From assembly GCA_046758325.1 (NCBI GenBank), contig JBHHZZ010000003.1, forward strand, positions 12,381 to 76,380: a stretch of 64,000 nt of DNA, in the 5' to 3' direction. Origin of the DNA: Thermoplasmata archaeon (lineage in GTDB: Archaea; Thermoplasmatota; Thermoplasmata; RBG-16-68-12; JAJISG01). Below, piece by piece: positions 36,377-45,800 of this stretch. Position numbers and translations under genes: made by a program. Within the stretch, counting starts at the first letter, position 1, and every line of letters begins with the position of its first letter. The notes beneath the pieces are model-generated. The model did not search any database and was not told the DNA's origin. It worked only from the letters and a program-made list of their open reading frames with translations.

Positions 36377-36525
36377 GGTCCAGGGAGGAAGGGACGCTCT
36401 TCCTTAAGTAGGGGCTCCTACCACCCCGCACGACTACTGTTCCCTGCGCTGGAGGATTCAGATGACAGTGTCTGCTCTCCCAGGCAAATCCCGGCCGCCA
36501 CGAGGGCAAGAGGCGTCCCTCAACG

Positions 36526-36533
36526 TTTTAATA
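36526..36533 (+). promoter_or_regulatory. TATA box (TTTTAATA) of the fixX-like gene
   Basis: An AT-rich octamer 26 bp upstream of the ATG at 36559, implying a leaderless or short-leader transcript. Confidence 0.45.
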
Positions 36534-36558
36534 GAACCCATTCTACCACTAGATACTG

Positions 36559-36873
36559 ATGGCAGAAGAGGCGGAGCCCACGGCAGAGAACAGACTCAGC
36601 GTGGACGACAGGGTCGGCCTCGATAGCTTCGAATTCGATGAGGAGCCCTTCATAACCGTAGAGACCCAGCTATGCCTCGGATGCGAGCTTAAGCCCTGCC
36701 TTTACGTGTGCCCCAGCAAGGTCTACCGTTGGGAACGTGACGGTCTCGTGTACAACACGGAAGGCTGCATCGAGCTAGGGGCCTGTTTCATCGTGTGTCA
36801 TGAGTTGGGCAACAAGGCTATCCACTGGAGCTACCCTCGTGGCAGCAAAGGCGTCCAGTTCAAGTTCGGGTAG
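36559..36873 (+). CDS. fixX: FixX-type ferredoxin-like protein
   Basis: 104 aa with a CLGCELKPCLYVCP ... CIELGACFIVC cysteine pattern, typical of FixX ferredoxin-like proteins. Confidence 0.65.
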   Translation: MAEEAEPTAENRLSVDDRVGLDSFEFDEEPFITVETQLCLGCELKPCLYVCPSKVYRWERDGLVYNTEGCIELGACFIVCHELGNKAIHWSYPRGSKGVQFKFG

Positions 36874-36966
36874 AGTTCATCTCAACACGATTTGTTGGCG
36901 GGCCACAGCCTCCAAGCCATCGCCTGACTGTCCCGAGCCCTCGCTTTGAAACTGATGGAACAACCT

Positions 36967-36974
36967 CTTTAAAG
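36967..36974 (+). promoter_or_regulatory. TATA box (TCTTTAAA) of the lipA-OADH-lipB operon
   Basis: Lies about 23-30 bp upstream of the lipA ATG at 36997. Confidence 0.4.
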
Positions 36975-36996
36975 GACCTCATCTATCCATCGACAT

Positions 36997-37902
36997 ATGC
37001 TCTCCCAGAGGAAGCCTGAATGGCTGAGGGTACGGCTCCCTGGGGGGGAGACTTATCTCGGCCTCAGGTCATTGCTACGCGACAAGGAACTCCACACCGT
37101 CTGCGAGGAGGCTCACTGTCCCAACGTGGGGGAGTGTTGGGGCGGCGGCACGGCAACTATCATGCTTCTCGGCGATGTGTGCACCCGGGGCTGCCGCTTC
37201 TGTGCGGTCAAGAAGGGAAACCCGAGGGGTCAGGTGGACCTATTCGAGCCGGTGAAGGTGGCTGAGGCTGTTTCCCGCCTCGGGCTGACGTATGTGGTCC
37301 TCACCTCGGTCGACAGGGACGACCTCCCTGATGGCGGCGCATCTCACTTCGCCGCGACCGTCCGCCGCCTCAAGGCCCGGGTCCCAGACATCATGGTGGA
37401 GGCCCTCGTTCCTGACTTCCAGGGGGATCTGGAGGCCGTAAGGACGGTGGTTGGGGCTGGGCCCGAGGTCCTTGCCCAGAATCTGGAGACAGTGGAGCGT
37501 CTGACTCACCCTGTCAGAGACCGGCGGGCCGGCTACCATCAAACCCTTACCGTCCTCCGGGAGGCCAAGGGGATGCGAGCCGACATCTTTACAAAGTCCT
37601 CCCTGATGCTAGGCTTAGGCGAGAAAGAGGAGGAGGTCCTTCAGGCCATGAAGGATCTGAGAAATGCTGGCGTCGATATCCTCACCCTCGGACAGTACTT
37701 GAGGCCTAGTCGAAGGCACGTAGAGGTCGACCGATACGTCCCGCCGGAGGAGTTCGACTACTATCGCGAGCGAGGGGAGGAGATGGGCTTCCTGTACGTC
37801 GCTGCGGGCCCCCTGGTAAGGAGTTCTTATAGAGCTGGCGAATATTTCTTGGAGAAGGTGCTTCATAAGGAGGTTCCTTTGGACGTGCCAGCCGGGAGGT
37901 AG
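36997..37902 (+). CDS. lipA: Lipoyl synthase
   Basis: Radical-SAM CxxxCxxC motif ([10 protein letters not shown]) plus the N-terminal auxiliary-cluster cysteines ([12 protein letters not shown]). Confidence 0.9.
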   Translation: MLSQRKPEWLRVRLPGGETYLGLRSLLRDKELHTVCEEAHCPNVGECWGGGTATIMLLGDVCTRGCRFCAVKKGNPRGQVDLFEPVKVAEAVSRLGLTYVVLTSVDRDDLPDGGASHFAATVRRLKARVPDIMVEALVPDFQGDLEAVRTVVGAGPEVLAQNLETVERLTHPVRDRRAGYHQTLTVLREAKGMRADIFTKSSLMLGLGEKEEEVLQAMKDLRNAGVDILTLGQYLRPSRRHVEVDRYVPPEEFDYYRERGEEMGFLYVAAGPLVRSSYRAGEYFLEKVLHKEVPLDVPAGR

Positions 37903-37906
37903 TTGT

Positions 37907-38983
37907 ATGGGAGAACTGCTTCAGATCGTCGGTCTTGACGGAAGCTACGATGAGAAGATGGAGCCGAAGCTGTCGGAGGAGGAGCTGCTCAAGCTTTACC
38001 GCTACATGGTCCTGACCCGCGTTTTGGACGCGAGGGCCATGACCCTCCAGAGGCAGGGCCGCATAGGCTTCTTCGTCCCCAGCCAGGGGGAGGAAGCCGT
38101 GCAGATAGGCAGCAGCTACGCCCTCAAGCCAGAGGACTGGATGATCCCCGCCTACAGGGAGCAGGGGGCGGCGCTGCTGAAGGGCTTCCCCCTCAAGACC
38201 CTTATCGCCCAGCTATACGGCAATCAGGAGGACATCCTCAAGGGCCGGCAGATGCCCAACCACTTCGGCAACAAGTCCATCAACTTCGTGACGCCGTCGA
38301 GCCCGGTGGGCACCCAGATGCCCATCGCCGTAGGCATCGCATGGGCCGCCAAGATCCAGGGACAAAAGGTCGTCTCCTTAGTGTACTTCGGCGATGGGGC
38401 TACTTCCCAGGGGGACTTTCACGTGGCCATGAACTTCGCTGGCGTATTCAAGGCCCCTGTGGTCTTCCTGTGCAAGAACAACCAGTGGGCCATCTCCCTT
38501 CCCTTCACCAGCCAGACCGCCTCGGAGAACATCGCTGTCAAGGCCCGGGCCTACGGCTTCGAAGGTACGAGAGTGGATGGAAACGACGTTCTGTCGGTCT
38601 ACGTGGCCTGCAGGGAGGCCGTGGAGGCCGCCCGGAGGGGGAAGGGACCCACCCTCATCGAGGCCGTCACCTATCGCATGGGCCCCCACTCTACCTCCGA
38701 CGATCCCAAGCGGTACAGGCCCGAAACGGAACTGGAGGAGTGGAAACAGAAGGACCCCATCCTGCGTTTCCAGCTCTACCTGAAGGCCAAGGGGATATGG
38801 AATGAGGAGCTGGAGGCTAGTGTACGTCAGGAAGTGGAGGATCTGGTGTCCGATGCAGTCAAGGCGGCCGAGGAGGTCGGGCCGCCGCCCCCAGAGACCA
38901 TCTTCGAGGATGTCTATGTGGATATGCCTTGGAACCTGGAGGAGCAGATGGACGAGTTCCTCAAGCTCATCAGGAGGTCCTAG
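37907..38983 (+). CDS. 2-oxoacid dehydrogenase E1 component, alpha subunit (TPP-dependent)
   Basis: TPP-binding motif YFGDGATSQGDFHVAMNFAG...FLCKNNQWAIS. Substrate (pyruvate versus branched-chain) not resolvable from sequence. Confidence 0.85.
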   Translation: MGELLQIVGLDGSYDEKMEPKLSEEELLKLYRYMVLTRVLDARAMTLQRQGRIGFFVPSQGEEAVQIGSSYALKPEDWMIPAYREQGAALLKGFPLKTLIAQLYGNQEDILKGRQMPNHFGNKSINFVTPSSPVGTQMPIAVGIAWAAKIQGQKVVSLVYFGDGATSQGDFHVAMNFAGVFKAPVVFLCKNNQWAISLPFTSQTASENIAVKARAYGFEGTRVDGNDVLSVYVACREAVEAARRGKGPTLIEAVTYRMGPHSTSDDPKRYRPETELEEWKQKDPILRFQLYLKAKGIWNEELEASVRQEVEDLVSDAVKAAEEVGPPPPETIFEDVYVDMPWNLEEQMDEFLKLIRRS

Positions 38984-39958
38984 ATGACGACCATGAATAT
39001 CGTTCAGGCCGTCAACGCGGCCCTGAAGGAGGAGATGGAGAGAGACGACCGCGTGGTAATCCTCGGCGAAGACGTGGGCAAGAACGGCGGCGTCTTCAGG
39101 TGCACCGAGGGGCTCTACGATCTCTTCGGCCCCGACAGGGTCATCGACACGCCCCTGGCCGAGTCCGGCATCATCGGGACGGCCATAGGAATGGCCTTGT
39201 ATGGCCTTAGACCGGTGCCGGAGATACAGTTCCTGGACTTCATCTACCCTGCCTTCGACCAGATCGTCAGCGAGGCGGCCAAGTTCAGGTACCGCTCTGG
39301 CGGGGAGTACCCTTGTCCCATCACGATTAGGACGCCATACGGAGGCGGCATCAAAGGAGGTCACTATCACTCCCAGAGCTCCGAGGCGTACTTCGCCCAC
39401 ACGCCAGGTCTCAAGGTGGTCATCCCCTCCAACCCCTACGACACCAAGGGGCTGTTGCTGGCCTCCATCCGCGACCCGGATCCCGTTCTCTTCATGGAGC
39501 CCAAGAAGGCCTACTTCGCCGTTCGGGGGGAGGTGCCGGAGGAGGAGTACACGGTGCCCCTCGGCCAGGCGAAGGTGCTGAGGGAGGGGGATGACGTCTC
39601 CGTCATCGCCTACGGGGCCATGATCCACGTCTGCATGGAGGCCGCCAAGAAGGCAGAGGAGGTGGGCATCGACACCGATGTGGTGGACCTTCGGACCCTC
39701 GTCCCCTTGGATGTGGAACCCGTCCTGAACTCCGTCCGGAAGACCGGCAGGGTTGTCATCGTGTACGAGGCACCGAAGACATGCGGCTACGGCGCTGAGA
39801 TAGCGGCCCTGATCGCGGAGAAGGCCATCGAGCACTTAGAGGCTCCCATCATCCGCGTGGCGGGTTTCGACACGCCCTTCCCTTATGCCTTGGAGGATCT
39901 CTACCTGCCCGACGCTGATCGGGTTCTGGACGCGGTTGAGAGAGCCTACGGCTTCTAG
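38984..39958 (+). CDS. 2-oxoacid dehydrogenase E1 component, beta subunit
   Basis: Transketolase-like pyrimidine-binding and C-terminal domains (VVILGEDVGKNGGVFRCTEGL...). Confidence 0.85.
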   Translation: MTTMNIVQAVNAALKEEMERDDRVVILGEDVGKNGGVFRCTEGLYDLFGPDRVIDTPLAESGIIGTAIGMALYGLRPVPEIQFLDFIYPAFDQIVSEAAKFRYRSGGEYPCPITIRTPYGGGIKGGHYHSQSSEAYFAHTPGLKVVIPSNPYDTKGLLLASIRDPDPVLFMEPKKAYFAVRGEVPEEEYTVPLGQAKVLREGDDVSVIAYGAMIHVCMEAAKKAEEVGIDTDVVDLRTLVPLDVEPVLNSVRKTGRVVIVYEAPKTCGYGAEIAALIAEKAIEHLEAPIIRVAGFDTPFPYALEDLYLPDADRVLDAVERAYGF

Positions 39959-39968
39959 GAGGTTGTAA

Positions 39969-41201
39969 ATGGCGAAGGAGTTCCGATTGCCGGACATAGG
40001 TGAAGGTCTCACGGAGGGGGAGATCGTCAAGTGGTTCGTGAAGGAAGGTCAGGAGGTGAAGGAGAACGACACGCTCGTGGAGGTGATGACGGAGAAGGTC
40101 AACGTGGAGATCCCGAGTCCCTTCACCGGTGTGGTCCTCCGGCTCTTGGCCCAGGAGGGGGAGGTAGTAAACGTGGGCCAGACCATCATCGTCATTGGTG
40201 AGGAGGGGGAGGAGGTTCCCGAGGTCGAAGCCGTGCCGGAGGCAGGGGCCGCGGAGGAGGTCCGAGAAGAGGTCCCGAAGGAGGCCCCTCCGGAGGTCGC
40301 GCCGCCACCGACGGGCAAGGTCCTGGCCACTCCCGCCGTTAGGCGTCTGGCTCGGGAACTGAGGGTGGATCTCGCGCAAGTCGAGGGAACTGGGCCTAGG
40401 GGAAGAGTCACGGAGGAGGACGTGCGAAGGCACTTGGAGGTCTCTGAGGTGAGGCCGGAGGTGGAGGCCGCTCCCCCGCCGGAGGAACTCGTGGAGAGAA
40501 TTCCCATCCGAGGTGTCCGGCGGGCCATCTCCGAGAAGATGCTCCGTTCCAAGAACACCGCCTCCCACTTCACCTACGTGGAGGAGGTGGACGTGACGGA
40601 GCTCGTAGCCCTGCGGGACAGGGCCAGAGCCTGGGCGGAGGAGAGAGGCGTCAAGCTCACCTACCTCCCCTTCATCCTAAAGGCCCTTGGAGCCGCCCTG
40701 AAGGAGCACCCCTCCCTCAACGCCACCGTGGACTGGGAGAAGGGCGAAATCCAAGTCAAGAAGTACTACAACATCGGCGTCGCTACCGCCACCGAGCAGG
40801 GCCTCATGGTTCCGGTTCTGAAGGGGGTGGACAAGAAGACGGTCCTGCAGATTGCCAGGGAGATTGAGGAGCTCTCGGAGAAAGCCAGGGACGGCAAGCT
40901 CTCCCTGAGTGACGTACATGACTCCACCTTCACGGTGACCAGCCTCGGAGCCCAGGGAGGTCTGTTGGCAACGCCTATCATCAACCACCCTGAGCTGGCC
41001 ATCCTGGGAGTTCACAAGATAGCCAAGAGGCCGGTGGTGAGGGACGGACAGATCGTCGTCCGGGAGGTGATGAACGTCAGTCTCTCCTTCGATCACCGAA
41101 TCATCGACGGCCACATCGGTGCTGCCTTCACCCAGACTCTGATCCGCTATCTCGAGGACCCCGGTCTTCTGCTGCTGCACGTGCTGGAGTCGGGGGAGTG
41201 A
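39969..41201 (+). CDS. Dihydrolipoamide acyltransferase (E2) with N-terminal lipoyl domain
   Basis: Lipoyl-lysine motif LVEVMTEKVNVEIPSP, an Ala/Pro/Glu-rich linker, a peripheral-subunit-binding domain, and catalytic DHRIIDG. Confidence 0.9.
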   Translation: MAKEFRLPDIGEGLTEGEIVKWFVKEGQEVKENDTLVEVMTEKVNVEIPSPFTGVVLRLLAQEGEVVNVGQTIIVIGEEGEEVPEVEAVPEAGAAEEVREEVPKEAPPEVAPPPTGKVLATPAVRRLARELRVDLAQVEGTGPRGRVTEEDVRRHLEVSEVRPEVEAAPPPEELVERIPIRGVRRAISEKMLRSKNTASHFTYVEEVDVTELVALRDRARAWAEERGVKLTYLPFILKALGAALKEHPSLNATVDWEKGEIQVKKYYNIGVATATEQGLMVPVLKGVDKKTVLQIAREIEELSEKARDGKLSLSDVHDSTFTVTSLGAQGGLLATPIINHPELAILGVHKIAKRPVVRDGQIVVREVMNVSLSFDHRIIDGHIGAAFTQTLIRYLEDPGLLLLHVLESGE

Positions 41202-42601
41202 TGGCGAGAAAAGTGAGGGCCGCCGTCATCGGGGCCGGTCCCGGGGGCTACGTTGCAGCTATCCGACTGGGACAGCTGGGCGTCGAGACCGTCCTCGTCG
41301 AGAAGGACAGGCTTGGCGGGGAATGCCTCAACTACGGCTGCATACCCTCCAAGGCCCTCATCTCCATCGGCAACCTGGTCCACAAGGTCCGCGGCGCGGA
41401 AGAGATGGGCGTGCACGTCAAGGGGCTGACCGTCGATGGGGAGAAGCTGCAGTCGTGGAAGCGAAAGGTGGTGGACCGCCTCGCCAAGGGTATTGCCGGC
41501 TTATGCAAGGCAGCGGGGGTCGAGGTCCTCTACGGCGACGCCACCTTCCTGTCGCCTCGCCGGCTGGAGGTGTCCTCCGCCGAGGGGATGACGACCCTGG
41601 AGGCGGAGAACTTCATCATCGCCACGGGATCAGAGCCCATACCGTTGAAGGGCTTCGATGTGGACGGCGAGCGAGTCATCTTCCCGAAGCAGTCGCTGGA
41701 GCTAACCAGGATTCCGGAGAGCATGACCATCATCGGCGGCGGCATCACCGGTCTGGAGATCGGGACCATGTACGCCAAGCTGGGTACCCGTGTGGTGGTT
41801 GTCGAGCTGCTAGACCAGCTCCTCCCGGGCATTCCTATGGATATCGTCAAGGTGATAGAGAGGTCTCTCAGGCGTCTCCGAGTGGAGTACCACGTCAAGT
41901 CGAAGGCCCTGGGCCTGGAGAAGAGAGAAGACAGGGTGGTCCTTGAGGTGGAGACCCCGCAGAAGAGGATCAGGATAGAGAGCGAGCTCCTCATGGTCTC
42001 AGTGGGGAGGAGGGCCAGGACCGCGGGGTTGGGCCTGGACAAGGCGGGGGTGAAGCTGAACTCCGAGGGCTTCATACGGGTGGACAAGCGCATGCAGACG
42101 AGCGCGCAGGGCATCTATGCCATCGGCGACGTCATCGGCGTGCCATACCTGGCCCACAAGGCCTCCAAAGAGGGAATCGTGGCGGCGGAGGCCATCGCTG
42201 GTCTCCCAAGTGAGGCGGACTTTAGGGCCATGCCCGCAGCCATCTTCACTGATCCCGAGATCGCCATGGTGGGTCTCTCCGAGGAGCAGGCGGGTGAGCA
42301 GGGCTACGATGTCGCAGTGGGCAAGTTTCCCTTCTCCGCATCGGGCAGGGCCTTAACCACCGGCAAGGCCGATGGGTTTGTCAAGGTCGTCGCCGAGAGG
42401 TCTACTCGAGAGGTCCTGGGGGTGCAGATAGTGGGTCCCGAGGCCTCAGACCTCATCAGCGAGGCGGCCCTGGCCATCGAGATGGGGGCCGTGGCAGATG
42501 ACATAGCCCTCACGGTTCACCCCCATCCCACCCTTCCCGAGAGTTTCATGGAGGCTGCGGAGGACGTCCTAGGAAAGGCGATTCACATACCGAAGCGATG
42601 A
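41198..42601 (+). CDS. lpdA: Dihydrolipoamide dehydrogenase (E3)
   Basis: FAD motif and redox disulfide GGECLNYGCIPSKAL, plus a C-terminal HPHPTLPE dimerisation motif. Confidence 0.9.
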   Translation: MMARKVRAAVIGAGPGGYVAAIRLGQLGVETVLVEKDRLGGECLNYGCIPSKALISIGNLVHKVRGAEEMGVHVKGLTVDGEKLQSWKRKVVDRLAKGIAGLCKAAGVEVLYGDATFLSPRRLEVSSAEGMTTLEAENFIIATGSEPIPLKGFDVDGERVIFPKQSLELTRIPESMTIIGGGITGLEIGTMYAKLGTRVVVVELLDQLLPGIPMDIVKVIERSLRRLRVEYHVKSKALGLEKREDRVVLEVETPQKRIRIESELLMVSVGRRARTAGLGLDKAGVKLNSEGFIRVDKRMQTSAQGIYAIGDVIGVPYLAHKASKEGIVAAEAIAGLPSEADFRAMPAAIFTDPEIAMVGLSEEQAGEQGYDVAVGKFPFSASGRALTTGKADGFVKVVAERSTREVLGVQIVGPEASDLISEAALAIEMGAVADDIALTVHPHPTLPESFMEAAEDVLGKAIHIPKR

Positions 42602-43281
42602 AACGAAGCTGCGTACTGGTGGATTTGGGTCTCGTCGACTATGGCGAAGCGTGGGAACTCCAGAAGCGCCTGGTGGCCGAGCGCCTTGAAGACGCTGTTT
42701 CGGATATCCTCCTTCTCGCGGAGCACATCCCTACCTACACGGTAGGCCGCCGCGGGAGCGCAGACGGGCTGGAGAAGCTGGGACTGCCCGTCTATGAGGT
42801 GGAAAGGGGGGGAGACGTGACGTACCACGGTCCTGGGCAGCTTGTTGGATATCCCATCCTTTCCCTTCCAAGGGGCAAGCTGGATGTGAGGGCGTACGTG
42901 ACTGACTTGGAGGAGGTTCTGATGAGGACCGCGGCGGACTTCGACGTGGAGGGGGGCAAGGGACCGCATGCTGGACTCTGGGTCGGCTCGAGGAAGCTCG
43001 CCTCCATCGGAGTTGCCATAAAGCACTACGTCACCTATCACGGCTTTGCTCTCAACGTGAATCCCGACCTCTCCCCCTTTAGGAGGATCAGACCTTGTGG
43101 GCTGGAGGGAGCTTCGATAACCTCCTTGGAGGAGATCCTCCACCGTCCTCTTGTCATGGAGGAGGTGAAGACGTCCCTGACCAGACACTTCTCAAAGGTC
43201 TTCGGGGTGGATATGCTGCCATCTGGAAAGGTTGCTCGTAAGGACATATCCTTGAGCGGACCCACCGTCTCCAGCGCATGA
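42598..43281 (+). CDS. lipB: Lipoyl(octanoyl) transferase
   Basis: BPL/LPL catalytic domain with motifs RGGDVTYHGPGQLVGYPIL and KHYVTYHGFALNV. Overlaps the E3 stop by 4 nt. Confidence 0.8.
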   Translation: MKRSCVLVDLGLVDYGEAWELQKRLVAERLEDAVSDILLLAEHIPTYTVGRRGSADGLEKLGLPVYEVERGGDVTYHGPGQLVGYPILSLPRGKLDVRAYVTDLEEVLMRTAADFDVEGGKGPHAGLWVGSRKLASIGVAIKHYVTYHGFALNVNPDLSPFRRIRPCGLEGASITSLEEILHRPLVMEEVKTSLTRHFSKVFGVDMLPSGKVARKDISLSGPTVSSA

Positions 43282-43296
43282 ATAAGAGGCATCCAG

Positions 43297-43389
43297 TCAG
43301 GGATCGCTGCAGTCCCTCTCACAGCCGCAGTTCAGGCACCTCAACCTACAGTGGATCTCCACGAGAGGGTGGCCACAGCGGTCACACAT
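43297..43389 (-). CDS. Putative 30-aa Cys-rich zinc-ribbon micro-protein (not in ORF track)
   Basis: Hand translation of the minus strand gives MCDRCGHPLVEIHCRLRCLNCGCERDCSDP. This contains CxxC...CxxC spacing. It lies in the 217-bp gap between lipB and the NAD-kinase-like gene. There is no homology support. Confidence 0.2.
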   Translation of the reverse strand: MCDRCGHPLVEIHCRLRCLNCGCERDCSDP

Positions 43390-43498
43390 CTCGATATCCG
43401 CCGCCTGCCGCAACACACCTCTCTGGTCGGCCTAGGACATAAACGCTCGCAGCAGCCACCAGCGCAGTTTGAAATAAGAGCGCTCTCATGGTGAGCGG

Positions 43499-44638
43499 GT
43501 GAAGAAGGTCGGCTTCTTGGTGAACCCGATTGCTGGCATGGGCGGCAGGGTCGGCCTCAAGGGAACTGACGGCGTCGTGGAGGAGGCCCAGGCCATGGGA
43601 GCCAAGCCTGTGGCTCCTTCAAGGGCGATCCAGGCCCTGCGTCCCTTTCGGGGACTAGATGTTGCTCGGGAGGTCCATTGGCTGACGTGTGGCCCTCCCA
43701 TGGGGGAGACAGAGCTGAAGGCCGTCTCCTTTGAGTCCGATGCCTATGAAGTCCTCTACAGGCCCCGCGCCAAGACCGAAGCGAAGGATACGACGAAGGC
43801 TGCCGACGCTTTTGCGCGAGCCGGGGCCGAGATCCTGCTTTTCTGTGGTGGCGACGGCACGGCACGCGACATCTTCGATTCCATCGATGCGAGGATGCCC
43901 ATCTTGGGCATTCCCTCCGGCGTCAAGATGCACTCAGGGGTCTTCGGCGTCAATCCGGAGGCGACGGCCACCATCTTGGATCGTTTCCTCTCAGGCGAGC
44001 TCTCCACAGGCGAGGCAGAGATCATGGACCTGGATGAGGATCGATACAGGAGGGGCGAATGGTCCATACGGCTGTACGGGCTTGCCATTACTCCCCAGGA
44101 GCCCAACCTGGTGCAAACGGGCAAGCTGATGGTGGAGGAGGTGGCCGACGAGGCCATCAGGGAGGAGATGGCGGATTACATAGAAGAGCTGATGGAGGAG
44201 GAGCCCGACACCATGTACATCTTCGGTCCGGGGGGGACCATCCAAGGCATCTGCCGCCGTCTAGGCCTGGAGGGGACGCTTCTAGGGATCGATGCCGCCA
44301 TTTCCAAGAACCTCGTGGGGAGAGACCTCAATGAAGACGGCCTCCTGAAGCTCCTGGAATCACATCCCAAGGCGAAGCTCGTCCTCAGCCCCATAGGCGC
44401 TCAGGGCTTCATCCTGGGAAGAGGGAACCTGCAGCTCAGCCCGGAGGTCCTCCGGACCATAGGGGCCCACAACATCATCATCGTGGCCACCCCCTCGAAG
44501 CTGAGAGCGACACCCTTCCTGAGGGTGGATACGGGTGATTCGGAGCTCGATGGCTACTTCGCGGAGAAGAACCACCTCCTCGTGGTGATAGGCTACAGGA
44601 CCATGAAGCTGCATCCCATCGGAGGCTTCCAGGACTGA
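43499..44638 (+). CDS. ATP-NAD kinase family protein (COG3199-type predicted polyphosphate/ATP NAD kinase)
   Basis: GGDGT motif (LFCGGDGTARD) in the NAD-kinase/DAG-kinase-like fold. GTG start. Confidence 0.6.
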   Translation: MKKVGFLVNPIAGMGGRVGLKGTDGVVEEAQAMGAKPVAPSRAIQALRPFRGLDVAREVHWLTCGPPMGETELKAVSFESDAYEVLYRPRAKTEAKDTTKAADAFARAGAEILLFCGGDGTARDIFDSIDARMPILGIPSGVKMHSGVFGVNPEATATILDRFLSGELSTGEAEIMDLDEDRYRRGEWSIRLYGLAITPQEPNLVQTGKLMVEEVADEAIREEMADYIEELMEEEPDTMYIFGPGGTIQGICRRLGLEGTLLGIDAAISKNLVGRDLNEDGLLKLLESHPKAKLVLSPIGAQGFILGRGNLQLSPEVLRTIGAHNIIIVATPSKLRATPFLRVDTGDSELDGYFAEKNHLLVVIGYRTMKLHPIGGFQD

Positions 44639-44743
44639 GGCCTTGAAACGCGTGACTGCGGGTATGAGTGGGACTTCCTAGTCTTTACCGCAATTAGATA
44701 AGCCTATTATATGTTCAGCTCTCTCCTCAGCCCGGAGGCCCCC

Positions 44744-45790
44744 ATGACGGAGAAGATGCCTGCGGCGGTGAAGACGAAACCGGCTCCTGAAAGCATCGAG
44801 CTGATGGACGTGCCGAAACCAAAGCCGGCCGCTGGTGAGGTCCTCATCAGGGTCCGCATAGCCTCCATCTGCGGCACGGATGTCCACATCTACAACTGGG
44901 ACGAATGGGCCAGAGCTCGCATCAGGCCGCCTCTGATACAGGGCCACGAGTTCGCGGGAGAGGTGGTGGAGCTGGGCCCGCATGCATCCCTCGTCCAAGT
45001 CGGGGACTACGTGTCCGCTGAGGGCCACATCGCCTGCGGGACCTGCTACCAGTGCAGAACGGGTCAGGCCCACATCTGCCCCAACGTCGAAATCATAGGC
45101 GTCGATCGGGACGGGGCCTTCGCGGAGTACGTGGCGGTTCCCGAGCAGAACGTCATCGTGAATCCCGCGGACCTGCCGTTGGAGATGGCTACCATACAGG
45201 ACCCCTTCGGTAATTCGGTCCAGACGGTCTTCTCCGCCGATGTGCCTGGAAACTACGTGGCGGTCTTCGGCCTCGGTCCCACAGGCCTCATGAGCGTCGC
45301 TCTCTGTCGTGCGGTCGGTGCGGCCAAGATATTCGCCGTGGGCCGCAAGAATGAGTATAGGATTAAGTTGGCGAAGGAACTGGGTGCCGACGTGACACTG
45401 AGGTCCACCGACGCATTGTCCTCCATTATTGATAAGGAAACTGACGGTAGAGGCGTGGACCACGTGTTGGAGATGTCCGGGAGCCCCGAGGCCTTTAACA
45501 TGGGACTGAAGGTCCTCAGGGCTGGGGGCGGCATGCACGTCCTGGGCATCTATCCGGCACCGTTCATGGTGGATGTCTCCTCGGACATCGTCACCAGGGG
45601 TGTCCACCTCCAGGGCATCCACGGCAGGCTCATGTATGAGGACTGGTACAGGATGGCGGGCCTGTTGACCTCAGGAAAGCTCAACCTCAAGCCCATCATA
45701 ACCCACCGCTTTCCCTTCGAGGAGTTCCTGGAGGCCATGGAGGTCATGAGATCGGGAAAGTGCGGCAAAGTGGTCGTCTATATGGAGTAG
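44744..45790 (+). CDS. tdh: L-threonine 3-dehydrogenase (Zn-dependent MDR family)
   Basis: Zn-ADH catalytic motif CGTDVHIY...GHEFAG and structural-zinc cysteines (CGTCYQCRTGQAHIC). Directly followed by a Kbl-type gene. Confidence 0.8.
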   Translation: MTEKMPAAVKTKPAPESIELMDVPKPKPAAGEVLIRVRIASICGTDVHIYNWDEWARARIRPPLIQGHEFAGEVVELGPHASLVQVGDYVSAEGHIACGTCYQCRTGQAHICPNVEIIGVDRDGAFAEYVAVPEQNVIVNPADLPLEMATIQDPFGNSVQTVFSADVPGNYVAVFGLGPTGLMSVALCRAVGAAKIFAVGRKNEYRIKLAKELGADVTLRSTDALSSIIDKETDGRGVDHVLEMSGSPEAFNMGLKVLRAGGGMHVLGIYPAPFMVDVSSDIVTRGVHLQGIHGRLMYEDWYRMAGLLTSGKLNLKPIITHRFPFEEFLEAMEVMRSGKCGKVVVYME

Positions 45791-45800
45791 GAGGCCCGAA

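Noticed and set aside
38378-39835. 485-aa antisense ORF across the E1 alpha/beta genes
   Set aside because: It is antisense to two well-supported genes. It has no motifs and a Gly/Leu/Arg-rich low-complexity translation.
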